Part shown: piece by piece, positions 9,238 through 18,832 of the stretch | How the letters are laid out: the number at the start of each line of letters is the position of its first letter | How positions within the stretch are numbered: position 1 is the stretch's first letter | NCBI GenBank assembly: GCA_013373335.1 | Contig: JABXHZ010000169.1 | Location: 1 to 43,041, forward strand | Source: Cyclobacteriaceae bacterium | GTDB taxonomy: Bacteria > Bacteroidota > Bacteroidia > Cytophagales > Cyclobacteriaceae | Length of the DNA: 43,041 nt | Reading direction: 5' to 3' | Translations under genes and position numbers: made by a program | The notes under the pieces: generated by a model | The model's database searches: none | What the model was told of the DNA's origin: nothing | What the model saw: the letters and a program-made list of their open reading frames with translations, nothing else

Positions 9238-10605
9238 TTATCGTTCACTGAGCGCATTGCATCGGTCGTAGGAGGGATCGATATCAATAAATACGTCTTC
9301 CTTAGCTGTCACAAACCAAACGCCTAGCAGTTCATCCTCTTTTTTACGCAAAGCAGCTGCTTTCATTTTTTCATAGTCGTCATTGAGATTTGCGCGGTGT
9401 GCGGGATATCTAGCTTGGTAATACAATAAGCGTAACTTGGTTCCTTCACGTGGATCCTCAAATCGGATAGGTTTGGTGATCGATCCTACCTCCATACTGT
9501 CAATTGTAAAGTATAAAACAGGATCCTCTAGGGTTCGTAGAGTAAGTCGGTTTGAGCTGGTACCTGGATCAGTAAAGAAACCACCGTTATCGGAAGTAGC
9601 CCGATCTTCAGAATATTCTTTAGCGGCCTTTGCAAATTCGATGTTTCCGGCAATAATTTCGGTTCGAAGACTATCCAAATAGCGTTCAGTTCGCTGTATA
9701 TCCTCCTCACTAGCCTGAGGGATTCGAAGAATGTGCCGGGTATTGTAAGTGTTTCCTCGGATCTCGAGTAATTGAATCATGTGGAAACCAAATTGAGTTT
9801 CAACTGGATCACTGATCTCTCCTTGGCGGAGACCCAATGCTGTTGCCTCATATTCTGGAGCCAATTGACCTCTTCCAAAAAAACCTAAATCACCACCTTC
9901 AGCAGCTGATCCGGGATCTTCTGAATATCTTCGGGCCAAATCCGCAAAGTCAGCCCTTCCTGCTAAAATATCTTCCTTGAACTTAGCTAACTGATCGTAA
10001 ATCTCTTGTTTGGTTCGCTCGTTGACTTCAGGTTTTTTTACAATTTGACCGACTGTCACTTCTGCAGAAAAGAAAGGTAGAGAATCTGTAGGAATACTTT
10101 CAAAAAAGTCCCTTACCTCGGCAGGTGAAACGGTAACTCCTTCTGTGATTTTATCCCGCATACGCTGCACAATCAGCTGCTCCTGAATAGCATCATACAT
10201 TTCAGATTTTAGCTGTTCGGCGGTTTTGCCGTACATCTGTAAAATTAGATTTTCATCTCCTCCAATCTGCTGAAGCACCATTTGGAAACGGTTTTCAGTT
10301 TGGAGCTCCACCTCAGCATCCGTTACCACCACTGAGTCGATTTCGGCTTTTGCCAGCATCAGCTTATTGATGACTAAAGACTCGAATACCTCACACCTTG
10401 TGGGAGGGGTGATTCCCTGCTGGGATTGGGCAATGGCATCGATAAATGTTCGCTGAACATCTGATTCCAAAATGATGTTGTTGTCAACTTTTGCGACAAT
10501 TTTGTCCAATACTTGTCCACTCGTCACGGTCTCCTCTTGGGCCATTACTGATTGGATACAAAAGACAAAACTGATTGCTACTAGTATGCGGTTTAGTTTA
10601 CTCAT
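9238..10605 (-). CDS. surA: Periplasmic chaperone/peptidyl-prolyl isomerase SurA
   Basis: Signal peptide, LDKIVAKVDNNIILESDV SurA N-domain, and two parvulin domains (FADLARRYSEDPGSAAEGGDLG; FAKAAKEYSED). Confidence 0.88.
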   Translation of the reverse strand: MSKLNRILVAISFVFCIQSVMAQEETVTSGQVLDKIVAKVDNNIILESDVQRTFIDAIAQSQQGITPPTRCEVFESLVINKLMLAKAEIDSVVVTDAEVELQTENRFQMVLQQIGGDENLILQMYGKTAEQLKSEMYDAIQEQLIVQRMRDKITEGVTVSPAEVRDFFESIPTDSLPFFSAEVTVGQIVKKPEVNERTKQEIYDQLAKFKEDILAGRADFADLARRYSEDPGSAAEGGDLGFFGRGQLAPEYEATALGLRQGEISDPVETQFGFHMIQLLEIRGNTYNTRHILRIPQASEEDIQRTERYLDSLRTEIIAGNIEFAKAAKEYSEDRATSDNGGFFTDPGTSSNRLTLRTLEDPVLYFTIDSMEVGSITKPIRFEDPREGTKLRLLYYQARYPAHRANLNDDYEKMKAAALRKKEDELLGVWFVTAKEDVFIDIDPSYDRCNALSER

Positions 10606-10635
10606 TGTAAATATGAAAAGGCTAAGCCAGGGTGA

Positions 10636-12630
10636 TTATTGATTCAAAGCAATAAATGCTTCTTCTTTGACTTCTTCGTTGATTTCTACGGGGTACTTTT
10701 CCCGAAGTGATTGGATTAATTTTTCATCCAGATATTCTTGATAATCCCGGATAACAAGCCCTCGGGTTTCTTCAAACTTTTTTGGACCTGCTGGATAGGA
10801 GCTGCCTAAAAGGACAAGGTGCAAATGTCCATCAATTTCAAGCTCTTGGTATTTTTGATCCAAATCCGCTTGGGAAAGAACCGGATTTGTAGGGATTTCC
10901 AGGGTTCCGGATTGAATTTGAAAAGCCAAAGGTGCAGTTTCTTCAAATTTATTTTTGAATTCAGTCGCCAGTTCGTTGGAATAAGTCTGATTTCGCAAAA
11001 GGTTGCGCGCTTCGTTGAGTTGGTTTACATCCAAGACTTTTACGATAATGGCTTCCGTGCGATTTTTCCACTGGTATTGGCCCAAGTTCTTTTCAAAATA
11101 TTGCTTTTGTCCTATAGAATCTTGAATTCCTTTTTGCCAAACCTCTTGGTTCATTAAAGAAAACAACAGGATTCCATCCCGATATTCTTTTAGGAGCATT
11201 TGGTATTCCAGATTGTTGGAGGCCAAATCTTTCTCTTCTAAATCAGAAAGGACAAAAGAAGCAAAACGGTCATACCAAACGTCAAAATTTTTGTCATTGG
11301 AATTTAAGGTCAACTCTTGTTCCTGGATAAACTTCAGGAAGTCATCAACCTGATAGGAATTCGAACCTGCTTCAAATAAAAACTCAGATCCCCAATCATT
11401 TTGCAGCACTTCCGATTGAAAATTAGATGCAGGAATAGGGTTGAGTGTCTGCTCGAGTTTTCCTACCAATTCTTCATTTTCCTTAAATCCATAGCGGGAC
11501 TTTTGAATGGCCAACTCCTGAGAGTGAATCATGGAAGAGCGAGAATCCCGCAAGATTCTTGAACGGATCATAGGTTCCAATTGCTCAAATGAATCCAATG
11601 GTTTTTTCCCTTCTAAACGAAGAATATGGTATCCATATCTAGTTTTGACAGGAGGAGAAACTTCTCCTTCTTCGGTAAGAGAAAAGGCAGCCATTTCAAA
11701 TTCCGGAATCATGTTTCCGACCGAGAACCAGGGGAGAAGGCCACCTTTCTGGCTTGTTCCTGGATCTTCAGAATAGTTTTTGACGATGTCTTCCCAAGAA
11801 GTGGTGGGTTTTTGGATTTCCGTGTAGATGTCAGAGATTTTTCTGCGTGCACGGTCCTCGGATAAGGTATCTGACTCATCTACGCGAACCAAAATATGAG
11901 AAACCTGAACCTGACCGGGATTAGGTCGTCGATCCTGAACCTGAATGATGTGATATCCAAAACTGGTCAAAACCGGATCAGATACTTCACCTGGCTGAAG
12001 CATGTAGGCTGCATCTTCGAAAGGTTGGACCATTTGAAGTGCCGAAAAATATCCCAAATCCCCCTTATTAGTTTGTGCCGATGGGTCTTCTGAATATTCC
12101 AAAGCTAGGTCATTGATAGAAGCTCCATTTTGGATGTCTTGCTTCAATTTCAAGGCCATTTTCAAAACAGCAATTGAATCGTCCGAACTAGCGTTGGGAG
12201 GAAATCGAAGCAAAATGTGACTTGCTCGGATGATTTCCTGCATTCGGGAATAGGCTTTTCTTAATTCTCCTTCTTCTAAGGAATTTTTGATGAGGTAAGG
12301 GGCTTTCAGTTGCTCTTTAAAGGAATCAAATTCACGTTGAAATTCGGTGGTTTGATGAAGTCCCTGAGCCTCAGCCTCCGCTACTTTCAGCTTGTAGTTG
12401 ATAAAAAGTGCTAGGTTGTCTTCAAATTCTTCTCGGGAAAGAGCTGCTGTAGTTCCTTCTGAATTCATGCCTTTTCCAACCAAATAGATGAATTCATTTA
12501 GAGAAACTTCTTGATTACCTACTGTCAACAAGGGCTTCTTCTGGCCAAAAACAGGCTGAACATTAGCCCCGATCAGAGTAAAAGCAACCAATAGGTTAAA
12601 AGTAAGGGCCGAAAAAGATCGGTAGATCAT
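10636..12630 (-). CDS. Parvulin-type peptidyl-prolyl isomerase, two rotamase domains, exported
   Basis: Signal peptide; RASHIL...YSEDPSAQTNKGDLGYF and VSHIL...YSEDPGTSQKGGLLPWF. Confidence 0.9.
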   Translation of the reverse strand: MIYRSFSALTFNLLVAFTLIGANVQPVFGQKKPLLTVGNQEVSLNEFIYLVGKGMNSEGTTAALSREEFEDNLALFINYKLKVAEAEAQGLHQTTEFQREFDSFKEQLKAPYLIKNSLEEGELRKAYSRMQEIIRASHILLRFPPNASSDDSIAVLKMALKLKQDIQNGASINDLALEYSEDPSAQTNKGDLGYFSALQMVQPFEDAAYMLQPGEVSDPVLTSFGYHIIQVQDRRPNPGQVQVSHILVRVDESDTLSEDRARRKISDIYTEIQKPTTSWEDIVKNYSEDPGTSQKGGLLPWFSVGNMIPEFEMAAFSLTEEGEVSPPVKTRYGYHILRLEGKKPLDSFEQLEPMIRSRILRDSRSSMIHSQELAIQKSRYGFKENEELVGKLEQTLNPIPASNFQSEVLQNDWGSEFLFEAGSNSYQVDDFLKFIQEQELTLNSNDKNFDVWYDRFASFVLSDLEEKDLASNNLEYQMLLKEYRDGILLFSLMNQEVWQKGIQDSIGQKQYFEKNLGQYQWKNRTEAIIVKVLDVNQLNEARNLLRNQTYSNELATEFKNKFEETAPLAFQIQSGTLEIPTNPVLSQADLDQKYQELEIDGHLHLVLLGSSYPAGPKKFEETRGLVIRDYQEYLDEKLIQSLREKYPVEINEEVKEEAFIALNQ

Positions 12631-12664
12631 GAATTGTTGAGCTTTCTATTTCACTGCAATGTTA

Positions 12665-12672
12665 CAAAAATA
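12665..12672 (-). promoter_or_regulatory. Bacteroidota -7 element (TATTTTTG) for the PPIase pair
   Basis: TAnnTTTG match 35 nt upstream of the start at 12630. Confidence 0.55.
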
Positions 12673-12719
12673 TGAGTATTTTGGGTGAAATGCCTGAGCT
12701 TACAGGTATTTAACAAGAA

Positions 12720-13133
12720 TTAGGAGCCAAAAAATTTTATCAATCGACAGGTATTGGTTCCTCCTTGAGATTCAAATTCGATATCATCCATGATTTTTTT
12801 AACCAAAATCAGCCCCAAACCACCCTTTCTCTTTTCTGAAATTACGGTTTTCAAATCCGGGGCTTCATAATCCAAAAGGTTAAAAGCTTTCCCTTTATCC
12901 TTTATTTCAAAAACTATCCGATCATCTTCCTTTCTCAAATTCAGTGAAATATGATCGCTTCCATTACAGTGATGGGAATGGATGATTAAGTTGGCACATA
13001 CCTCTTCCACAGCTAAGGTGACCTGGTGCTTATCTTTCTCAGAAAGCATAATTTGAGAAAGATTCTTATCCAGAAACTTCCTCAATTCTGACAGGGCAGT
13101 AGTTTGACAAATTAGCTGAATGGTATGCTCCAT
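12720..13133 (-). CDS. Anti-sigma factor/Ser kinase, RsbW-like HATPase_c
   Basis: LAVEEVCANLIIH N-box, IKDKGKAF G1 box and KGGLGLILVKKIMD G2 box. Confidence 0.88.
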   Translation of the reverse strand: MEHTIQLICQTTALSELRKFLDKNLSQIMLSEKDKHQVTLAVEEVCANLIIHSHHCNGSDHISLNLRKEDDRIVFEIKDKGKAFNLLDYEAPDLKTVISEKRKGGLGLILVKKIMDDIEFESQGGTNTCRLIKFFGS

Positions 13134-13136
13134 GAT

Positions 13137-13472
13137 TTAGTTTGCGTTCAAAGCAGCTTCTTTTTCAGGGAAAATAGGGATCAATTGGTCCAGTCCGAGA
13201 ATCTGAAATACTTCCAATACACGCGGACTCAGGGAGAAGATTTTCAAGCTGATTCCTTGCTCCTGAAAATCTTCCAAATAAGACATGAATACACCCAATC
13301 CAGCGGAGGAGATGTATTCGATTGCCGAACCGTCCACAAGAATGGATTTGGCTCCATTTTCGGCAAGTTTTCGAATGGATTCATCAAGCTGTACGGAGTT
13401 GCTGGCATCTATTTCGCCTTTTGGTAGCAAAATAAAATGTGGGTGTTCCTGTAGGGTTTCTATGGATAGCAT
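13137..13472 (-). CDS. STAS-domain anti-sigma antagonist, RsbV/SpoIIAA-like
   Basis: GEIDASNS and EYISSAGLGVF phospho-Ser motif. Confidence 0.92.
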   Translation of the reverse strand: MLSIETLQEHPHFILLPKGEIDASNSVQLDESIRKLAENGAKSILVDGSAIEYISSAGLGVFMSYLEDFQEQGISLKIFSLSPRVLEVFQILGLDQLIPIFPEKEAALNAN

Positions 13473-13481
13473 ATTTTCAAA

Positions 13482-15545
13482 TTAATTGAATTTGACAACC
13501 AATAAGGAATAATCATCATCGATCAAACCATCTCCTCCTACAAAATCGTGGAGGGTGTCGATTAATTTGGCTTGGATCTCTTTGGGCGAAAGATGATAGT
13601 TGATTTCCACAAGGGCCCGAATTCTTTCAAATCCGAATTGTTGGGATTTTTGATTCTTAGCCTCAACAATTCCATCGGTGAAAAGAACCAAAATATCCCC
13701 TGAATGGTATGTAAACTCTTTTTCCTCAACGTGTTTTTCGTACTGCATGTTTCTTAAAATTCCTAATCCCAACCCACCGATTCCCAAGTATTCGGCCTTT
13801 TGATTTCCGGATCGGTAGAAAAGGGTAGGGACATGCCCTGCACGAGCATGGCAAACTTGATGATGAAGGGTGTCAATGATAAAAATGGATGCAGTAATGA
13901 AATGATTCCGTTCTAGGCAGCGGCTTAGAGCTGCGTTCGAACGAATCATGAATTCTTTTGGGCTGAGATTGAGTTGGATAAGGCTTTGAAATACACCTTT
14001 CATTTGTGCCATATGAAAGGCAGCAGAAGTTCCTTTTCCGGATACATCCCCGATGATAATGGCATATCGGTGCTGATCCAGTTGGAAGGTGTCGTAGTAA
14101 TCACCCCCCACTTCATCAGCGGCATTGGAGTAAGCGCATATTTCAAAATCCTTATTATGGTCCAAATTATTTGGTAATAAGGCTTTTTGTACCCGCTGCG
14201 CAATTTTCAGTTCTTCCTGATAGCGTTCATTTTGGATAGCTTGGTTTAAAAGCCGATGGTTTTCTACCGAAATACTCGCTTGCCGTGCAAAGGTTTCGAT
14301 AATGGAAACCATTTCTTTGTTGAACCCATCTTTGAGTTCTTTGCAAAGGACCATTCGGCCGATGACGGACTTATTGATTACAAGTGGAACTAACAGCAAA
14401 GAACCGAATTTGGGATGGGAAATTTTTAAGGGAAGTGGGTTTAAAAGGTCTGCTTTGGATTCCTTGGCCCAATTCTGTGCGGCCGAATTGGATTCAATCA
14501 ACTTCGAAAGCTCTTCTCGTTCCTTTTCTTCAATCCACCTTGTTTGAAGGATGGCTTGATCCCGGTCGGTTTGGTACATTTCCAACCAAGCTCCATCAGC
14601 AAATGAGGCACTCATGGAAGAGTCCATTAAGATATCCAATACTTTTTCCTCGTCTTCATCCGGCTGAATGGACTGACTTAAGCGCTGAAAATTAATAGCC
14701 TCGGTAAGCTTTTGCTCAAATACCGAGGATGTTGGAAGATTGAAAAGAGTAACCAAAAAACTGAATAGCGCATAGATCAAAATGAAGATATATAGGGAAA
14801 TCAGAAACAGATTATCCAATAGATTGATGGGATAAGTCTGCTGTGCGCTGGAATAGGCATTTGTCTGCAGAAAGAGGTAGACCGAGCAGATAATGATGAT
14901 CGCCAAAAAAAGCAGAGACTTCCACTTTTCCTTGAACGTGAGGTAGGGAATCCATTTCAAATTTACCGAAAGGAATCCTCCTAAAACAGTCAAAATCACA
15001 AAGCCGAAAATAAAGCTATAGCCAAAGGTATTTTGACTAAAAAAGACGAAAAACATGGCAATCAATAACCCGATTTCGTAAGTCTGCCACTGCTGAACGA
15101 CTTGCTTGGTTTTTTGATAGAGGATAAGTTTTTTCCAGAGCAAAGTGGTCGAAATCAAGAAAATCGAAATCAATGCAAAATGTACATGGTAGAAAAAGTT
15201 GCGAAGAAATGGCTCCTGGCCCAGCTTGCTATCTCCAAGAAATTGATAGAATACCTGAATGACCAAAAAAGCGGCTGAGGCAAAAATCCCCGTGGAGGCT
15301 GCCCGCCATAAAAGATTGAGAAACTCGTTTTGGGCGTTTTTTTGGAGATTGTAATTGTAAAAAAAGTAGACGGTCAAGAAAAATAGGATCTCTAAAACCC
15401 AGGTGAATTCGGCGGCGATTCCTGAATTCAGATTGTTGATAACCCCAAATAGACGCACCAAATCCACAAATAGTAAGGCTAGCCATACTAAAATGGAGAG
15501 CAATAGACTCAGTCTTCCGATATGTATTGTGGGAAGTTTGATCAT
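13482..15545 (-). CDS. Membrane-bound GAF + PP2C (SpoIIE/RsbU-type) Ser phosphatase
   Basis: About eight N-terminal hydrophobic helices and a GAF-like middle region; EVGGDYYD, IGDVSGKG, ARAGH, FTDGIVEA and DDDYSL motifs. Confidence 0.92.
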   Translation of the reverse strand: MIKLPTIHIGRLSLLLSILVWLALLFVDLVRLFGVINNLNSGIAAEFTWVLEILFFLTVYFFYNYNLQKNAQNEFLNLLWRAASTGIFASAAFLVIQVFYQFLGDSKLGQEPFLRNFFYHVHFALISIFLISTTLLWKKLILYQKTKQVVQQWQTYEIGLLIAMFFVFFSQNTFGYSFIFGFVILTVLGGFLSVNLKWIPYLTFKEKWKSLLFLAIIIICSVYLFLQTNAYSSAQQTYPINLLDNLFLISLYIFILIYALFSFLVTLFNLPTSSVFEQKLTEAINFQRLSQSIQPDEDEEKVLDILMDSSMSASFADGAWLEMYQTDRDQAILQTRWIEEKEREELSKLIESNSAAQNWAKESKADLLNPLPLKISHPKFGSLLLVPLVINKSVIGRMVLCKELKDGFNKEMVSIIETFARQASISVENHRLLNQAIQNERYQEELKIAQRVQKALLPNNLDHNKDFEICAYSNAADEVGGDYYDTFQLDQHRYAIIIGDVSGKGTSAAFHMAQMKGVFQSLIQLNLSPKEFMIRSNAALSRCLERNHFITASIFIIDTLHHQVCHARAGHVPTLFYRSGNQKAEYLGIGGLGLGILRNMQYEKHVEEKEFTYHSGDILVLFTDGIVEAKNQKSQQFGFERIRALVEINYHLSPKEIQAKLIDTLHDFVGGDGLIDDDYSLLVVKFN

Positions 15546-15650
15546 GGATTATATATCCCAATATTACTCAAAGGGATTGGAAAAATTTGGAGCGAAGCGA
15601 TTTTGCTAACTCTTAGGATGTTAAAAAATTTTAATCCAGATGGTTTTTAT

Positions 15651-15956
15651 TTACAGGCAAATCAAATCCGTTACTACTTCCTTTCCAAAACGGTCCTCGA
15701 TTAGTTGGAGGATTTTACTTTTATTCATCTGAATTTCCCGTTTGATCGGTCCGGAACTTAACTTCACAAACAACTTTTTGTCCCGAATAAATACGGACTG
15801 GGTCCGGTCTGAGATAGTTTTTCCGACCATGTCTCCCCATTCGTGAACCAGTGATTTTTCACGGAATTTACCTTCAAGCCGATAGGCTTTTAGTAATTCC
15901 TGAAAGGCTTCCTCCAAAGGGGCTGCTTCTTTTTTACGTTCTGAAAATGATGCCAT
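15651..15956 (-). CDS. DUF721 / DciA-family protein
   Basis: W..MVG..I...T...FIRDKKLFVKLSS pattern typical of DUF721. Confidence 0.8.
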   Translation of the reverse strand: MASFSERKKEAAPLEEAFQELLKAYRLEGKFREKSLVHEWGDMVGKTISDRTQSVFIRDKKLFVKLSSGPIKREIQMNKSKILQLIEDRFGKEVVTDLICL

Positions 15957-15959
15957 AGA

Positions 15960-17081
15960 TTAGTAAAATAATGCTTGTGCGATACTATCTGCGAGTAGCA
16001 TCCCGGATTTAGTCAAAGATAGCTTTTTCTTTTCCCTTTGTATCCATCCCGCTTTTTCAAATTCCCGAATTTTAAGAGATCTGTCCTTCAAGAGGTTTTT
16101 TTCGAATTTTTCTTGAAGCAAGGCTAAATCAATTCCCCAACTGGTTCGAAGAGCGGTAAGTAAGTACTCATTCAGGCGATCAATTTCATCCAAAGGATCT
16201 GGAATTAAAGGCAAAGAATCTTGAGATAAAGCCTTGATATATTTGGGGTTATGGCTTGGGTTAAGAAAACGCTGCTCTCCATCAAAGGAATGTGCTCCTG
16301 GCCCCAAACCTAAATAGGCTTGTCCTTTCCAATACAAAGAGTTGTGTATAGATTCCTGTTGAGGTTTGGCAAAGTTTGAAATTTCGTATTGGGAATATCC
16401 GGCTTCTTCAGTTAGATCTTGAAGGATTTCAAATTGTTGGGCCACAAATTCTTCATCAGCAGGGTTGAATTTCCCTTTTCGTGTCCAGTTACCCAAAGCC
16501 GTGCCTTCTTCCACTGTGAGAGCATAACAAGACAAATGTCCTGGGTCTTGGGAAAGGGCAGTCTTTAAATCACTGATCCACAGCCCATGATCTTGATGCG
16601 GGAAGCCATAAATCAAATCCATACTGAATTTTTTGAATCCTGCTGCCCGAGCTATTTCGATGGCAGCCAAAGATTCTCTTGAATTATGGGCGCGGTTGTA
16701 AAATTGGAGCACTTCATCCTGAAAGCTTTGAATTCCCAGACTGAGTCGGTCAATTCCCAAATTTTTCCATTCAGCTAATTTGGTTGGGGTAAGGTCGTCA
16801 GGATTAGCCTCTAAGGTGACTTCTAGAAGATCCAAGTTGAAATTTGCGTGAATAGCCGATAAAATTTCTTCCAGCCATTCGGGCTTGGATAGGGAGGGAG
16901 TCCCTCCGCCAAAATAAATTGTGTTGATGGTTTCGCCTTTCAGAAAGTCCTTTCGCAAAATGGCTTCCCGTGCGATAAGCGAGGTCATGGTTTGAAATTG
17001 GCTGGTATTAGTGCTAAAGTGAAAATCACAATAATGACAAGCCTGTTTACAAAAAGGGATATGAATATAAATTCCAGCCAA
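15960..17081 (-). CDS. hemW: Radical SAM heme chaperone HemW; likely TTG start at 17081
   Basis: AGIYIHIPFCKQACHYCDF (CxxxCxxC), YFGGGTPS, YEISNFA and HNSLYW motifs. Confidence 0.94.
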   Translation of the reverse strand: MAGIYIHIPFCKQACHYCDFHFSTNTSQFQTMTSLIAREAILRKDFLKGETINTIYFGGGTPSLSKPEWLEEILSAIHANFNLDLLEVTLEANPDDLTPTKLAEWKNLGIDRLSLGIQSFQDEVLQFYNRAHNSRESLAAIEIARAAGFKKFSMDLIYGFPHQDHGLWISDLKTALSQDPGHLSCYALTVEEGTALGNWTRKGKFNPADEEFVAQQFEILQDLTEEAGYSQYEISNFAKPQQESIHNSLYWKGQAYLGLGPGAHSFDGEQRFLNPSHNPKYIKALSQDSLPLIPDPLDEIDRLNEYLLTALRTSWGIDLALLQEKFEKNLLKDRSLKIREFEKAGWIQREKKKLSLTKSGMLLADSIAQALFY

Positions 17082-17099
17082 TTTGAATTCTTTAATTTG

Positions 17100-17107
17100 C
17101 AAATATA
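17100..17107 (-). promoter_or_regulatory. Bacteroidota -7 element (TATATTTG) for hemW
   Basis: Exact match. It overlaps the ORF-track start at 17102, which supports the downstream TTG start at 17081. Confidence 0.6.
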
Positions 17108-17125
17108 AGTATTAGCCCATCGTCC

Positions 17126-18829
17126 GTGTTCCAAAAGTTCATACTGGCCTTTTTTCTGTTTTTAGTTTTTTGCAGTTCTGCTATTTCCCAGCAGAATTAT
17201 TGGTTGGGCTTTCGGGATAGTTTGCATCAGAATATTCCGGGTCAATGGAAGGTGTTTGAAGATTCGGTACAGCGGAATTTTTATTTGGACTCGCTTATAC
17301 AGAAAGCATGGGAAGAAGGTTTTTTAGGAGCTGCTTTTGATCGCATTCTAGATAAGGGGGATTCCCTTTGGGTCGAATTTTATCAGGGGCCAAAAATTCA
17401 ACAAATTCAACTTAAGCAAGGGAATCTTCCTGGAGAACTGAAAACGATTCCCAAAGAACCCTTGGATTTTAAGGAAGTCAATCAGCTATTTCTGGCGGTG
17501 TTAAAGGAAGCCGAAAATATAGGGTTTCCTTTTGCAAGCGTCCGATTGGATAGTCTAAAAAGGAGGGGAGAGGAGTTAAGTGCAATTCTAGATTTAAACC
17601 TTGGTCCTGAAATCCGTTGGGATTCCCTTCAGATAGAAGGAGCTTCAGCAACGAAGGAATCTTACCTTCAACGATTATCTAGGATTGAAATTGGAACTTC
17701 ATTTTCGCAGAAGGAATTTGAAGAAGCTAGCAAGAGAATAAATAGAAGTCCCTATTTTAGATTGGCAGGTCCTCCGAAAATTGATTTTCGCCTGCAAAAA
17801 GCAAGTCCTGTATTTAGGTTGAACGACCGAAATTCCAACGTTTTAGATGGGATTTTAGGTGTTTTGCCCAATGAAAATGAACCGGGGAAGGTATTGATCA
17901 CCGGCCAATTGGATTTGGAACTTTACCATTTGGGAGGAAAAGGCCGAGATGTGTCTGTTCATTGGCAGCGATTCAATGAATTGACCCAGCGATTGGAAAT
18001 AGAGGCTAAGGAGTCCTTTGTTTTCGGTTCGGGCTTGGATGTATTTGGAGAATTTAGCCTCCTGAAGCAGGATACGAGCTTCATTAATCGAAGGCTGGGT
18101 GTTCACTTCGGTTACCAAACGAAAAGTCCTTTTTATTTTGATTTTTTTGTGAGGAGACAAGCAGGGGATTTGATCTCAACCGTTCCATTTTCTGAAATTA
18201 CTGAACTCCCGGAAACGGCGGATTTTAGATGGTCTGAGTATGGGGTTCATGTCCGGCTGGATTTATTGGATGATGCCATTGCACCTAGAAAGGGTGCAAA
18301 AATTGAGGTTGGATTTTCGGCTGGAAACAAAGAGATTCTTCAAAATACCGGGATTCCGGAGGAAGTATACCAAGGCTTGGATTTGCGGACCCCGCAATAT
18401 TCTTTAATCGGAAAGTTTGAGAAGCATTTTTATCTGAAAAGAAGTTGGGGGATATATTGGGCTGCTGCAGCTGGAACGATCCGAAATGAAAATTTACTTC
18501 AAAATGATCTCTATCGCCTGGGAGGATTACAAACCATTCGGGGATTCAATGAGAATTTTTTCTTTGCAAGAGACTATTTTTACATGAATTTAGAACCTAG
18601 GCTGTTTTTTGGAGAAAATTCCTTCCTGTTTCTATTTTCTGACTGGGGCTTTTTGGAAAACCCGTATTTTGCGGAGTCCTTGGAAACGCCTTTGTCATTT
18701 GGCTCGGGAATTAGTTTTGAGACGGATTCTGGTGTTTTTCGATTTGTGTATGCCGTGGGGAAAACCAAAGAACAACCTTTGTCGCTTCAATTTTCAAAAA
18801 TCCATTTTGGATATTTAGTTCGGTTTTGA
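17126..18829 (+). CDS. Omp85/TamA-BamA-family outer membrane protein (POTRA + beta-barrel)
   Basis: Signal peptide, ENIGFPFASV POTRA-like segment, YRLGGLQTIRGF loop-6 (VRGF-like) motif and C-terminal Phe. Confidence 0.85.
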   Translation: MFQKFILAFFLFLVFCSSAISQQNYWLGFRDSLHQNIPGQWKVFEDSVQRNFYLDSLIQKAWEEGFLGAAFDRILDKGDSLWVEFYQGPKIQQIQLKQGNLPGELKTIPKEPLDFKEVNQLFLAVLKEAENIGFPFASVRLDSLKRRGEELSAILDLNLGPEIRWDSLQIEGASATKESYLQRLSRIEIGTSFSQKEFEEASKRINRSPYFRLAGPPKIDFRLQKASPVFRLNDRNSNVLDGILGVLPNENEPGKVLITGQLDLELYHLGGKGRDVSVHWQRFNELTQRLEIEAKESFVFGSGLDVFGEFSLLKQDTSFINRRLGVHFGYQTKSPFYFDFFVRRQAGDLISTVPFSEITELPETADFRWSEYGVHVRLDLLDDAIAPRKGAKIEVGFSAGNKEILQNTGIPEEVYQGLDLRTPQYSLIGKFEKHFYLKRSWGIYWAAAAGTIRNENLLQNDLYRLGGLQTIRGFNENFFFARDYFYMNLEPRLFFGENSFLFLFSDWGFLENPYFAESLETPLSFGSGISFETDSGVFRFVYAVGKTKEQPLSLQFSKIHFGYLVRF

Positions 18830-18832
18830 TTT

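Noticed and set aside
17082-17102. ORF-track N-terminal extensions of hemW (also atpB from 33948, the MTase-HIT gene from 40133, PBP1A from 30590)
   Set aside because: They overlap promoter boxes or upstream genes; downstream starts fit family N-termini better.
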